A DNA stretch of 64,000 bases. Source: Sarea resinae (Eukaryota). The position numbers and the translations under genes were made by a program. Where the stretch lies: the NCBI GenBank assembly GCA_026026165.1, contig JAPEUD010000082.1, positions 1-64,000 on the forward strand, in the 5' to 3' direction. Under the pieces are notes generated by a model, which worked only from the letters and a program-made list of their open reading frames with translations, was not told the DNA's origin and did not search any database. Positions 27,264 to 40,250 of the stretch are shown piece after piece; position 1 is the stretch's first letter; every line of letters begins with the position of its first letter.

Positions 27264-30200
27264 TCACCTCGCCAGATCCACACTGCGACCCTCATCTCCA
27301 TCATCCTCGCTCGCGCCATCATTCCCCAGCAAACCTCTCTCCTCGCCGCGCCCCATGTCCTCCCTGACGACGCCAGCTCCAGCGCGGAACCCGCTGATGC
27401 CGCCACCGCTGTGCTGCCGACTCTCCTCGGACCCATTGAGCACGTACCAGACGTCCTTTTTGGTTAGCAGGCCCTGCAGGCCGCCCTTGTCTGTGAAGAG
27501 CACGTAGCGCAGGCCAAGGCGCTGGAACATGTTGACGGTGAGTTGGAGGGAGGATTGCGAGTTGAGGGTGATAGGGGTTTGATCCATCCAGGGGCGGAGA
27601 TCAAGAGTCGTAGCGGCCACGTTGGTGGTGTTGGCATTAGTGGAGACTTGAGAGGACGAGAGAGCCTGCTGGGTCTGTGAAGAGGTGGAGGAAGAGGAGA
27701 AGACAACTTCAGTATCCCCTGCCGGTTTACGAGGGGAGGAAAGGGCAGAGTTGAGAGCGAAGTCGAGCTCGGTACGCGAGATATATCCGAGTAGTAGAGC
27801 GTCCTTGGTATCCGAAATGACAGGGAAACCTCTATAGGGCTGAGTAGCGAGAAGATCGGTCAGGGAGTCGATGGTATGGCCCGTGGCAGTGATGACAACC
27901 AGGTCCTCGACGCGGGACATGATCTGCGAAATAGGAACTTCGGGGATGGGATAGTCATCTCGGTTATCAAGGAAGGGGTATTCGTTGAAATCGATCCAGG
28001 ATTCGTAGATGCCGCGTTTGCCGAGGGCATCGCCGACCCATTTACTGATCATGACCGCGATCATGATGGGCAGGACGTAGGTTAGAGCTCCGGTAAGTTC
28101 GAACATGATGACGACGATCGAGACGGTCATACGCGTGACGCCGCCGAGAGCTGAGGCTGCTCCCACGATAGCATAGGTGCCGGGTGTAACGCAGGGTTTG
28201 TCTGGTTCGCAGGCGGCAAATATGAGAGCGGCTGGGTGGTTGTGCTGCCAAATTTGAACGATGATGCCCAAGGCACGGCCGTAGAGAGCACCTATGGCCA
28301 TTGATGGGAGGATGATACCGGCGGGTATTTGAAGGCCAAAAGTCACAGAGGCAAAGAGAAAGCCCAGGAAAGCAGCGAATACCAGAAGCACAATAACGCT
28401 TGCGTTTGCAGCACCAGTCTTGCAGAGGCCCAATGTGTCGTCTGTGAGGGCTGAGCACTCGGCGAAGAGAGTGTAGACAAGCTCCGAAGCTTGAGCTCTC
28501 ATGAAGTAATTTGGAAAGTTGACGAGAGCCGTGACGAGAGAGATCAAGACAACTTCGAGTACCGGAGCCTTGGCAAAGACTGAGTTCTTTCTCCAGGCAG
28601 CCACCTTCATATTCAATTTAATGAACAAACCGCCGTACAATCCACCAATGATACCAAGGATAGCAAAAGGGACTAGTTCAAATCCATGCCAGCCGGTGGT
28701 GTAGGTGACTTGGTACATAACCAATTTGCCGGTTCGAAAGGGATTGAAGGCCTGTAAGGTCACTGCCGCTACCATGGCACAGACGAAGCTCTGCCACATT
28801 GTTTTATCAGGAAAGAAATAAGATAGTTGCTGGGGGAATAGTCAGTCACGATCGCGGATAGCAACTTGACACAAGAGGTACCTCTAGACTGAACAAAACA
28901 CCACCGATGGGCGATCCAAATGCAACGGATATCCCTGCTGCAGCTGCCGCTGATAGAACTTCACGTTTTCTCGCTTTGATAACGTTAGGATTTACCTCTT
29001 TCGTAGGTTGAGTTTTACGCACCTTCGTTGGTACTCAGACTTCCAAACATCTTCATGAACAGATTTGCACAGCAACAAGCAACATGGACCAATGGCCCTT
29101 CTTTACCCAGCCAGAGACCAGATGCAACAGCAAGACACTGCATATCATTAGATACAGCAAAAGAATAGGGGAGAAGAGAACTCACCAGACCAAGTGACTT
29201 GACCACTAAAGTCCAGCTTCCCATGAATCGCCGGATGATGAATCCTCCCAGTACCGTCTTGATTTCCGGTATGCCGCTTTGTTTCGCATATATAGCATAC
29301 GACTTGACAAGTATACTGGCACAGGCCGCAAAGAGAACCTGTTCTCCATCAGCATTGGCGTTTGGTATGTTTGCACCGACTTACCGAATAGATTACAAAG
29401 AAGATATACTCTATTATATACTTGCCCCCCTTCGAATGGACTCTGAGCGCGTCACTCCAGAGCGTCCAGTCCTGGCATTGCGCATACTCTGAAGAAGTCA
29501 GAACAGATCTGATGAAGGTGACCTAAATGTTGACATACCATCAAGACCCCAACAGCAGAACGCCTTGTTCAGATAGAATTTTCCACCTCCTGGACCGTTC
29601 CTACAGTATCCGAGCTTGAGATCGCTCAGCCAGTCGCTGGCGACATCAATGGAAGCTGCCAGAATCCCCACTGCAATACCTGTCCCCACGAGGACCAGCC
29701 ACACCTGGCTCGCATCCAGCAATTGTCGAAGATATCCTATTATCCCACTTGCGCTCGCGTACAGTCTCTTCAACCGTTGTCTTTCTTTGGTGTACTCGAA
29801 TATCCAATCGATGGCTGTGAGATCGTCATAGCCAACTCTTCGTCCTGGCCCTTCAACATACCAGTCCATGACCAGACCTTCTTTGGAATCCTGCGGAGCT
29901 CCGCCATTGATGGAAGTATAGAGAGGGATGTCAGACGAGTTGCTAGCGTGGGTCTGATCACGCAGAGAAAGATTGCGTCGATGGCGGGGCTGAGGAGAAG
30001 CGGAAGCTGATGTCTGATGGCTCCCACTCGAGAACCCCGAGGAGAGGAGATTGGGTATCGAGAAGCCCGACGGTGCCTTTTGTTTACGTTTGAAGGAGAT
30101 CCTAGAGATGGCATAAGCACCCCCCCAGATGCCGAAGAGGCTTTCTTACCTCTCGCCTAGATCTCCATCGAGAGGATCACTCGAGAGCAGGTCATGCTCT

Positions 30201-30331
30201 CGCGCGTGAAGGGACACAGGATCGTCACTATCGCTGGCATCTTCGACAGACGGCTGTTCCGTAGGCAGCTGGCGGCTCGAAGAGGGCTCGATTGAGCCCG
30301 AGGCGTGGAGGCCGGATGAGGAGCTCGACAT
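27264..30331 (-). CDS. CLC-family chloride transporter/channel (Gef1/ClC-3-like) with CBS domains; exons 30331-30150, 30101-29539, 29488-29385, 29338-29186, 29137-29023, 28973-28882, 28829-27264
   Basis: QSGIPE, GKEGP, GVLFSLE, PAGIILP and GIYESW motifs; two CBS domains; all six introns restore the frame (one uses an AAG acceptor). Confidence 0.92.
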
Positions 30332-30795
30332 GGCCGTATGCCGGCATTACAGCAGATGAAAGATGGCAAGCTAACGCTGACGCTGACAGCGTGTAGACAT
30401 AACAACCGTCAACGATCACCATACAATCCGCACATCTTCCACAGCCTCAACGAGCTGCGATGCGATATGGCGACGCACGGACCACATTATACATATTATC
30501 GCCGCATGCGATGGATCGCCAACTCCGCAGATCGTTCGGTGTCCGTGACGACACCAAAGTGCAATTTTGTTCGATATTCAATTTGGAGTTGCACTGGATG
30601 TTCAATAATATATCGCCCATACACCTTTTCCTTTGAACGTATCTCATGATTCTTCCCTCTTCTCCATAAGTACTGTATTTGCCTGTTAAATTCCTTGCAA
30701 GTCTGGAATTAATTCCTCTGCCTGAAATTTGATAGTCTTTTTGTCCCTGCCGGCCGTATTTTCTGCACAATTCATGGTCTTGAGGAATTTAAAAA

Positions 30796-33362
30796 ATGGC
30801 GACCCGTGAGAAGGGACCCCATGGGGCAGATTTGAATGACCCGGCATCTTTAATGGAAAAAGCAAAGGAAGAAGAAGAGAAAGAAGAACAACGAAAGCAA
30901 CAAGTTGCCCCTGATCCACTCGATCAAGCCCTCGCATTTCTCTCCTCAGGAGACGACACGACCAAATTCGTCGGCCTAGCAATCCTCAAACCGCTGCTCG
31001 ACAACAAATCGTCTTTGCTGCACTCCCCCGAGGTAATCTCAAAAGCATGGAACGCGATCCCGGCCAAGTTCCTCGAACGCCTCCTGCGAGCCCAGCAGGC
31101 TTCAAAAGGAGGAGCAGGAAGAGAGGGGAAGTCAAAAGAGGAAGCCAGCGCCATGGTTTCCCTCGCCGTGGGCGTGATCCACACCTTCGCCGTTCTACTC
31201 CCGCCCGAGGAGATGGAGGGCGGCAAGATGTCGAGACTAGTCGACGGGCTTGTCGGGGCGCTGACGAGGAGGTAGGGTTCCCGAAGTGCACTTATCAAAA
31301 GACGGGACCAATTAACACACTCCACAGCTCCACAGAATCATCGACGCAAATCCTGCAAACGCTCATCTCGTTCTGCAGCCACGCCAAAGGCGCTTCTGCT
31401 CTTCTCGCCATCTCTGACCTTTCACCCTTGCTGGAACTAGTATCGCAGAACGCCCTCGCGCTCGACGTGGTCAAATACGCGCTCATCAACCACCACAGCG
31501 CAGCTCCAACAGTCTCAGAATTAACAGAGAACAGTGACTCATCGGCCAGAGTTGACAAGATTATCTCCGCACTGGTTCTTGGGTTCAGGGGGGAAAAGGA
31601 AGAGATACGGGCCCTCTTCGATACTCTGACAGACGTCCTCTCACGCACCTCCTTGCCACAAGCACCATCAACCCCACCGAGCTGGCTACCACGCCTGACG
31701 ACCGAGATTCGCTCAACGCTTCAGAACCGCCCAACGCGCGCCAACATCAAATCCGCCACGCTCCTCTCTGCGTGCCTCCTCTCCACCTACCCGGCTTCCT
31801 TCCCGCGTCTCCTCTTCCAGTCCACCGCCTCCAGCCCCGCGACCCGCGATTCCGCCTCCAACGGCCCCTCAAAGCCCTTTCCTTACATCCTCATCACACT
31901 ACTAAACATCGACATCCGCGCGACCATGCCATCGCTGCTCGAAATCCTCGCCTCAAATCCGGCCCAGTATCAAGAGGAAACCAGAAGTTTGGCAGCAGGC
32001 TACGATATCCTAACAACATTCATACGGGCGCTGGTAGAGAGTCTCGACACTTCGGACTTGGAAAGCGGCGACGACTCGGACGACAACAACGAAGAAGCCG
32101 GGCTCTCCTCCACGGACGCCGAACCAGCCCTTGACCTCCTCCCGCCAGACATCCTCCTCTCGCTCCGCAAAGAGATTGCAGAAACGATGTCGGTGACGAT
32201 GGAATTCGTGCGCGATCGATGGGATGCTCTTTCGGCCGTCCCCCTTTCCGCCTCCTCTGCCACTAGCACCACCATATCATCTTCGTCTGCTGCAGCAGGG
32301 CCTACGACGCCACTCCTTACGGCCGCCTCCTCGGCCCAATCCCCGGAACAGCCACAGCCACCGCCATTACAGAACGACATCCTTTTCCTCTCCGCCCTCC
32401 CCGCTTTATCTCTCTGGCTCCACGAAGACGACAACGCCCTCTTGCGCCACGAAGCCAGCACCAACCTCACGGAAATCCTCCTATATCTCTACGGCGGCAG
32501 CAGCAGCAGCAACAACAACAACAGCGGCATCACCGGACCCTTTGGCAGCCTAACGCTCGCCCTCTCCGCGATCCTCGAGTCCGCCGAAGGGCAAGCGGCA
32601 TTCCACGCCTTTGACGGCGCCGGGGTCCTCATTGAAGATCTAACGCATCTGATCAACGATCTGCCATCCGCACACCCAACTTCATCCTCATCATCCTCAT
32701 CGCCGTCATCTCCGTCGTCGTCGGAAGAAAACGCTCCAGCATCCTCCTCCACGGGTCTACCCTCCACGCCAACACCACCGCCCCCACTGTCACAATCACA
32801 ACCACGATCATCATCATACGAGCAGCACCTCCGCACAGCCTCCGCGCAGACCCTACTCTCACTCCTCCAGAAATCCATCCCCACAACCACATCCACCATA
32901 TCCACCACTTCTACCACCCCACCACCACCACCAGCATCGGCAATACAAACGCACCTCGCCAGCCTCCTCAAGCTTCACGAGAAATTCCTGTCTCTCGTGC
33001 CCGTCGTCACCACCCCCGTCGCCACAGCCAGCAGCGGTACCACCACTAGTACCACCAGCAGCGCCCTCCCCTGGGCCCTCCAGGAAACAATAACACGCTA
33101 CGCGCGCCTCTGCTACTCGCTCCTCTCGCTCATCTCACCGCCGTCAGCGAGGCCGAAATACAGCGACCAGATCCACGGCGTCGTGGAACTAGTGCATCGG
33201 CTGCGTCGGCTAGGACTCATGGTACCATATCACCGCGAGACCGCAGAGAGGGAGACCGGAGAGAGGGAGCACGAGCACGAGGGAGAGGATGAGGAGATGG
33301 AGATGGAGATGGAAGAAGAGCTAGCGTCGCTCCTGCAGGATTTTGCCGATCTGGGTTTCTAA
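30796..33362 (+). CDS. Neurochondrin-like (DUF1941-type) protein with Ser/Thr/Pro low-complexity insertions; intron 31272-31327
   Basis: DDTTKFVGLAILK...WNAIPAKFLERLLR N-terminus; IDIRATMPSLLE; LSLWLHEDDN. Confidence 0.75.
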
Positions 33363-34248
33363 GATTTTTGATTCGATAGCTTTTCGATTCGATTCGATCA
33401 AAGTATAATATGGATGGATGGATGGATGGATGGGTGGCGTATATGGGTGGCATATATGGCGTAAGATCTCATATATATTTTTTTAAAGAAAAAAGTCGGG
33501 GGTATTTTGGACAGAGTCACAGGGACAGGCACAGTTATCATCACAATCACAGACACGGGCACAGTCACAGACAGGCACAATCAAACCCAAAGTCCAGGGG
33601 AAAAGGGAATAGAATAGAAATACACCACCACCCACTACGCACTCCCCTTCCCACTCCGACCACCACCACCGCGGCCGCCAACAAGTCAATATCCGCAGGG
33701 CACCTAACTAGCTAGCTAGATAGCTGAACCCCAACCATGGAAAAGGCCAGCAGGAAGAGATCACACACGGATGGATGAACATCTATGACGGTGACAAAAG
33801 AGAAAAGAAAACAGAAAGTCATACCAAAAAAAAGAAAAGAAAAAGAAAAGCTTGAAAGCCAGACCGGAGCCCTGAACCAACAGACTAAACCAAACCGTGT
33901 CATGTCGTACCGTACCAACCCGACCCGTACCGTATCAAGGTCGATTCATCCGTTCATCCGTTGTCTCTGTTGGCGCTTGACGGAGTCTGGTTCCCTTGCC
34001 TCTCTTTTTTTCTCTTCTTCCATGACTCCTCCGGCCGTCGCGTCGGTGTGAAATAAGGTGGTTCGTCGCGTGAGGCGAGAAAGGAGATAAACCGTCTGCT
34101 GCGCTAAAACCAAGTCGATCGATCGAGAGCACCGCAGACAACCGGCCAGCTTCAGCAGGGCAGCTGAGAAAAGATGGATTGAATATATGAAAACGACCAC
34201 AGTAAAACCCCCCCAGGATCCGTCACTCATGAGCCGGACGGATTCCGT

Positions 34249-35441
34249 CTAATGCCCGCCCGTAGTTGGAAACTGAATTCAAGTAAGAATCAGCCGCCTC
34301 GATCATCTCCAACGCCCGAAGAAGAGGATAACTTACGCCCATGAACACCTTGAAGGAATCGTAGATCAACCATTGGAAGGCAGTGAGGGTGCCAATCATC
34401 GCAATACGAACAGGCAGGCCGTTCCACAGACCCGTGAAGCCGATGTTGCCGTAGATGCGGGAGATGGCGCGGCCGGCAGATTCACCAGCTAGACCCCACA
34501 ACGAAACGTATCAGTCCGGAGCTCAAAAGGGCAGGATGGGAGAGGGAAGCAGGATCGACGAAAAGAAAGCGCACCTTGACGATCGGCGTTCAACTTGCTG
34601 ACCATGACATCAGCCGGATGGCTCACAACGGCACATCCGACACCAGCAATGTAACCACCCAGGAAAGAGACACCGGTTTGTTGGAGACCATTGAGCGAGC
34701 TCTTAGGCTTGTCAATGAAAGAGTAGATGGCGTCGACAGTCTTTTCGAAGGTGGCAAACTTGACCATGGTGTAAGGGATCTGACGGGCCCAGAGTGGATA
34801 AAGGCCCTTGTAGAGGCTACGATTAATGAGCATGGCGTTTCAACGGATCCAATTGACAAGTCTCATGAACTCACCCGCCATACCCCTCCTTGGCCACAAT
34901 TTTACTCCACCCCTCCCTCATATTCGCTGCATAAGGTGGCAACGTCGTCTGCATGCGCACCTTGATGGCTTCAAACGGGCACAACGCGATATCCGCGATG
35001 AATTCAGCGCTGGCACTTGCGGCGAGATAGATCACGGTCTTGTTCGCATTCGGGAACGCCTTATCACCATAGAGATATTTAAAGACTTCGTAGAACCCAT
35101 ATTTCCCACCGCCCTGGAAGGAGTATCCGATGAAGGTGGGCGACCAGCCGAAGAAGACGCCACGGAGGCCTTCAGCGCGGAAGATGCTGCGCCAGGCGCC
35201 GAAGTTGGAGGTGTAGATTTTGGGGTCGACTTGGCGACGGCATTTGACTAGATCGAGGGGCGTGACTCCGGTGTGGGTAGGACCGCAGGCTATATTTCCA
35301 TCAGCCAAAGCCCTTACTGCACCATGCAACGTTGGTGGGAATGAGCGTACCGATGACACCTCCTAGCGCGCAAGCACCGAAATAAGTGCCTGAGAAGAGC
35401 TCGATTTTGCGCCCCGGCGTGGGCAATTTGGCAGACGCCAT
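34249..35441 (-). CDS. PIC2: Mitochondrial phosphate carrier (Pic2/Mir1 family); exons 35441-35351, 35289-34875, 34816-34575, 34488-34337, 34272-34249
   Basis: Three carrier-signature repeats ([31 protein letters not shown]); [19 protein letters not shown]2 versus MIR1 assignment is tentative. Confidence 0.9.
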
Positions 35442-36393
35442 CGTTACTCTGTGATCTGTTTATTGAAGGACGTAAAGAAGCCAATTGAAGAAAAAGCGGG
35501 CTGGTGCGATTCGGGAAGATCAACAGAGTGCTGACGGAGGATGAGGGGAAAGAAAGACGCGATGACGATAAGATAAGGCAATGCGCCCAATCCTGATATT
35601 CAAGCAAGCAGAGAAACAATCCCACAACAATTGCCCACACGCACTTGAATAGTTCGCACTGGAAGCCTCGATGAGACAGAAAGGAGGTGAATGGCGAGGA
35701 TAGCAATATATGGTGTCGTGTGTGCTGTGGTGTTGAAGTCCAAGCAGGAAATGGCTCTGGGAGCTCCAGGCTGTAAGCACGGATGACTAATATGACGTCT
35801 CGGATCGGAGCCCGGAGATAACCTGGATTTCCCGGATTATTATGACCGCGATGGTACGTCAACCCGAGCCGGCCCCCCGGCCCTTCCGTGTGCCGTCTGT
35901 GGTCTGCCGTGCCTCTTGATCAACGACCTTGGAACGGATCGGCCTCGGCCCTGATGGTCAATTGCGCTCTCCGGCTGCATATACCCCTCGTATCTAAGAT
36001 GCAAATTCGCTCTTCACGTTCACCATTTTCAGCATCCTTGGTCATGCTTGTTCTGAACGCAGAGAGCCACTCTTCTTTCTTTGATTCTACCATACGTTCT
36101 CGACATGAGATGAGCCCGCGCGGACAGGAGATCTGGGGAAAGCACAAACGCTTGTCCATTTTCCTCGACGAAATGCAACAACCAAATCGGCAAGCCTCCC
36201 CGAAAGAGCTCCTGATTCCTTCCCGATGCCCAGCGAAGTGCGATAACTAGCTAAAGGAGTACTCGCGAGAAGAGGAAACGCCAACAACATGATGCGCAGA
36301 TGCTACCCAGAACCGTGGAATAAGATGCGGTCCAATTAAGACCAAACGCCATTGCTTCTGAGCCCGCAGGAAGATCAATTGCTCATTTGCCAC

Positions 36394-38685
36394 TCAGGCC
36401 GCATGCGGAAGACTGGAGCTGGATCCGCCATCGGTTCCAGATGGGTCAAAGGCATCAGGCATGCTCATATCTCCTCCGTCGAGTCGCTCCAGGCTCTCGT
36501 CATTCTGATAGTCCGTCATCGCCTGATCGGGCATGCTGACCGGACTACTAGATCGAAAGCGTTCGCTCATGACTTCGTCGGGCGGGGAGAAGGACCAAAC
36601 CTGCGTCTTTGCGTCAGTGGGAATGTCAGTAACCTTAATCTCAGAACTCACCTCCATGACAGTCCGAGTCGCTCGAGTGGCCAGTATCACAGCCTTCTCC
36701 TCTTCGAATGCAACCCTCCAGACCGAATCGGCCGGAGAGCTGAGTTCTCGAACAAGCTGGCCAGTCTTCAAATCCCAGATTTTCACCCTTCCGTCGCTGC
36801 CCCCACTGACGACTCTTACGTCATCAAACTGTAGACTCGTGACGCTATTATCATGAGCTGCGAGACGATGAATGGCTGCATTTGTTATGAGAGACCAGAT
36901 TCGAACAGATCCATCCGAGCCACCAGTGACGAGGGTGTCGCCGCGCATCTGCAGTTGCCCAACCAAAGATGTGTGGCCTTGGAGTACACCTTGACATTGC
37001 CTGCGATTCATCAGCACACTGCGCATGGGGTTAACTGGAGACAAGGCCGAGCATACCCAGTCTGAGGATCCCATATCCTGACGCTAGTATCCAAACTTCC
37101 GGTCGCTATCCTCTTCCCATCAAATGCAACAGCATAAATCTGGCTGAAATGACCAGACAGTACCCTCAAACATTTTCCTTCAGATATACTCCATATTCTC
37201 GCTGTTGTATCGTAACTACCAGAGACAACCAGGTCTCCATGAATTTCAAGACATCGTACACTAGCTTGATGACCAACAAGAACATTTTTGCAAACTCCCG
37301 AGGGTATATCCCATATTCGTAACGTGGTGTCTCGAGAACCAGATATGGCAGTGTTAGCATCCGACATCTTCAGGCATCGTACGGTGGAAGTGTGACCCCG
37401 TAGAGTATGTATGCTCTTTCTGTAGATGAAAATGTATCAGCAAAGATGACTCTGACAATTCCTTCCAGGGGCCTCAATGTGTATTACCCATTAGACATAT
37501 TCCAGACCCGAACGTCCCGATCACAACCTCCACTAACAAGCGTATCGCCCCAAGGCACCATAGCCCAAACGCCCATCATATGTCCTTGCAATGTCCTTTG
37601 ATGGTCTCCATCGGTATTGAAGACATGTATTTTCGCATTATCGAGAGCGACGACGATGTACCTTGGCGTCAAATGCAGACTCGTCACCACTCCAGTTTCA
37701 GGCGTGATGTGCTTACAGACGGCTTTCCCGCCTGTTCTCCAAGCTGTCTCGACCATGTACCGCTGCTTGAAATGTGACTTGTATGAGATCATTCGTGGTC
37801 GGCGTTTGATCGCTAGAGAACTGGTCGCGCTGTCGAAACTCCGCGTCGTGAGGTTTGGTGCACTACTTGAGGACCCGAGCATTGCGTCGTGAAATATACT
37901 AGCGGAGACTGATGGAGGGATGTGAGCAAATGGCGGCGGCCTTGCCCTTGGTTCCAGCTCGCCGATATCCTCTGGGCGTTTCTCGGACCCGTCAGACAAT
38001 CTTCGATAGGCGTGTTTGTCGCAGAGGTTCTTCCATGTCATATCATCTCCAAGCAACTCATGCCACCTCTTCGAAACTTGAGAAGCCCTCGCCAGCGTCT
38101 TTGGGTCATCAACAAAGGCCAAAATCTAAACCAAAACGCAGGTCAGTAAACGCTTTCCAGCAGGAGGTATGAATTTGCCGTGCTTACCCTGAGGCAAAGC
38201 TCATTTGGCAGAATCTGAAAGGGATCTTTTTTCAGCCGAGGGCTGACGAAGCTGTGAACGAAGCTCAACTGATGGCTATCACATAGATTCAGTATCTCGG
38301 CCAAGTATCTTTGCCGCTCGGCGGCATCTAGCCTGCTGAAGTGTGACCTGGCATCTCGTAGAAATGCATCTTCGTGCTCGTTGGCTGTCGTCCATGTCGG
38401 AGCTCGTTGATGTGGCGTCGGACTGGGAGCTGGGGTCGGCGGCGACGCTGGCGCCGACGGTAAGAGGTTGTGCGGGATTGGAGAGGGATTCGCTCTGCTC
38501 GGCGTCGGGAGCGGTCTCGGATGTGAAGTTGAGACTGGATCCTTGCTTCGAGATGTTCGCGACGAGGAGCCTGGCAGAGCTATAGGGGCCGGTCTTGTCG
38601 TCGTCGGCGAAATCTCATCGTCGGAGTCCATCATCGAGGCTCGCCGTTGAGCTAGGCTCAGGTTACGGGCAAAATCACCGTCCAT
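36394..38685 (-). CDS. F-box/WD40 SCF substrate receptor (Cdc4/Fbw7-like family); exons 38685-38188, 38125-37488, 37419-37057, 37000-36652, 36600-36394
   Basis: F-box (LPNELCLRILAFVDDPKTLARASQVSKRW) followed by about 7 WD40 repeats (SGGCDRDVRVWN, SGSRDTTLRIWD, SGSYDTTARIWS, TGSLDTSVRIWD). Start codon is uncertain. Confidence 0.9.
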
Positions 38686-39096
38686 CTGGGCAGTGGGGTC
38701 CGTGAGTGAGGGTTTTTATTCGACAGGGCGCTTCGGCATTGACGCCTCATGCAGCTTCGATGACGAGACGGTAGAGGTATTCAGGGCGGAATAATCATGG
38801 GTGATGGGAAACGGCTGCTGTCCGCACGAGGGCCGACGACGCCCTCTATGCTCTGGATGGGCTTCGGCGGTGACGGGGTCGGGAAGGCAGCTGGCAGTAT
38901 CAAGCGTTGCGACACATGGCCCTGAAGCAAGGTCTGTCGTGACAGGTGGAGAGGGAAGGCGAATGATGATGGTGAAGATGACCCCGGTTGCGTCTGAGGT
39001 GATCTGATCATATACAAATTCGGCTCTGACTGTCGATCTAGATCTGGATCTGGATCATGGGACGCACAGGACGTCAGTTCGCAAGTAAGGACGAAC

Positions 39097-39180
39097 CCAC
39101 GAATCCACGAATCCACGAATCCACGGAGATTGGAGCGCTGTGGAAGTGAGAATGTGGTGGTGGTGGTGGTGGTGGTGGTG
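39097..39180. repeat. (CCACGAAT)x3.6 followed by a (GGT)n microsatellite
   Basis: Read directly upstream of the F-box gene. Confidence 0.85.
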
Positions 39181-40250
39181 GAGTTGGTAGTGGAGGATGC
39201 GGTGATTGATTGCGGTGGTGCACAGGGAGGGAGAGGGAGAGGGCCTCGGGCTACCTTCACGGTACTACCGTCTGTCTGCAGTCTGCAGTCTAAGCTGCGG
39301 TAGGGAGATAGCGACGTCTTTGCGTCTTTGTGTCTTTGTGTTCCCCAGCGAGTGCGAAGCGTTGAGAAGATGGAGGGAGGCAATTGCAGCAACATCTACG
39401 GATACCGTGTACAAGAAGAGAATCGATCTTTGCGATGACGGGAATCATTCTGGTTTTCTCCTCCATCGTGCACATTCTCATTGTCCGCTGTACTTCTCTG
39501 TTCCATATCCTTCCTACTATGGTGGGTTGCCAGCGCTGAGCAACAACGGGGAGGTACGTACGGAGTACCTGAGGGATGAGGTATCCATAATCTGACCCGT
39601 GATGACTAAAATGCCTAAACCTCACACCTGATACATGCACGAGTCCTGCCATCTCAGAGCATTACTATGAGTAGAAGATCATGTTGCTTCTTCGACGGCA
39701 GCTGGAGGCCAAAGACCATGCGAGAGGCGGGAGAAGGCGAAGGCAAAGCCGCTGGAAAACTCTGCCATGGCCCAAGTTCGGATCCCATCGCCATGATCGA
39801 ATGCGAATGCGTCCCGTTTCAAAACCAACCACGTTTCTGCACGCCTTCTGCACGCATCAATCTCGATCGCATGGATCATGGCTGGCCGCCGAACGGCCCA
39901 GGTTGCAATACGCACATGAACCTGACTCGCTATCTCCTTCACTGCAGATGTCTGCAGCAGAGCCATGAGGTTCCATACGAGCCATGTAAATTACAGCCTT
40001 ATCGCTTTCGATTGCCGACATTTTCACTTGCCTACTTACTATCGATTTCTCTCCGACTTGCATCATGGATTCATTATCTGGATTCATTACCCTTTACGGA
40101 TACCGGTCATGACGGAGATGAGATCCCTCTAGTCGGTCTCTCCAGCGTGATCGAAACAGAAACCCCCAACATTCGACATGATTTGACTCTATGTGAGAAA
40201 AGTACAATAGCCCCCATCGTAAACCTGCGTAACAAATCGTAAGATGACAA

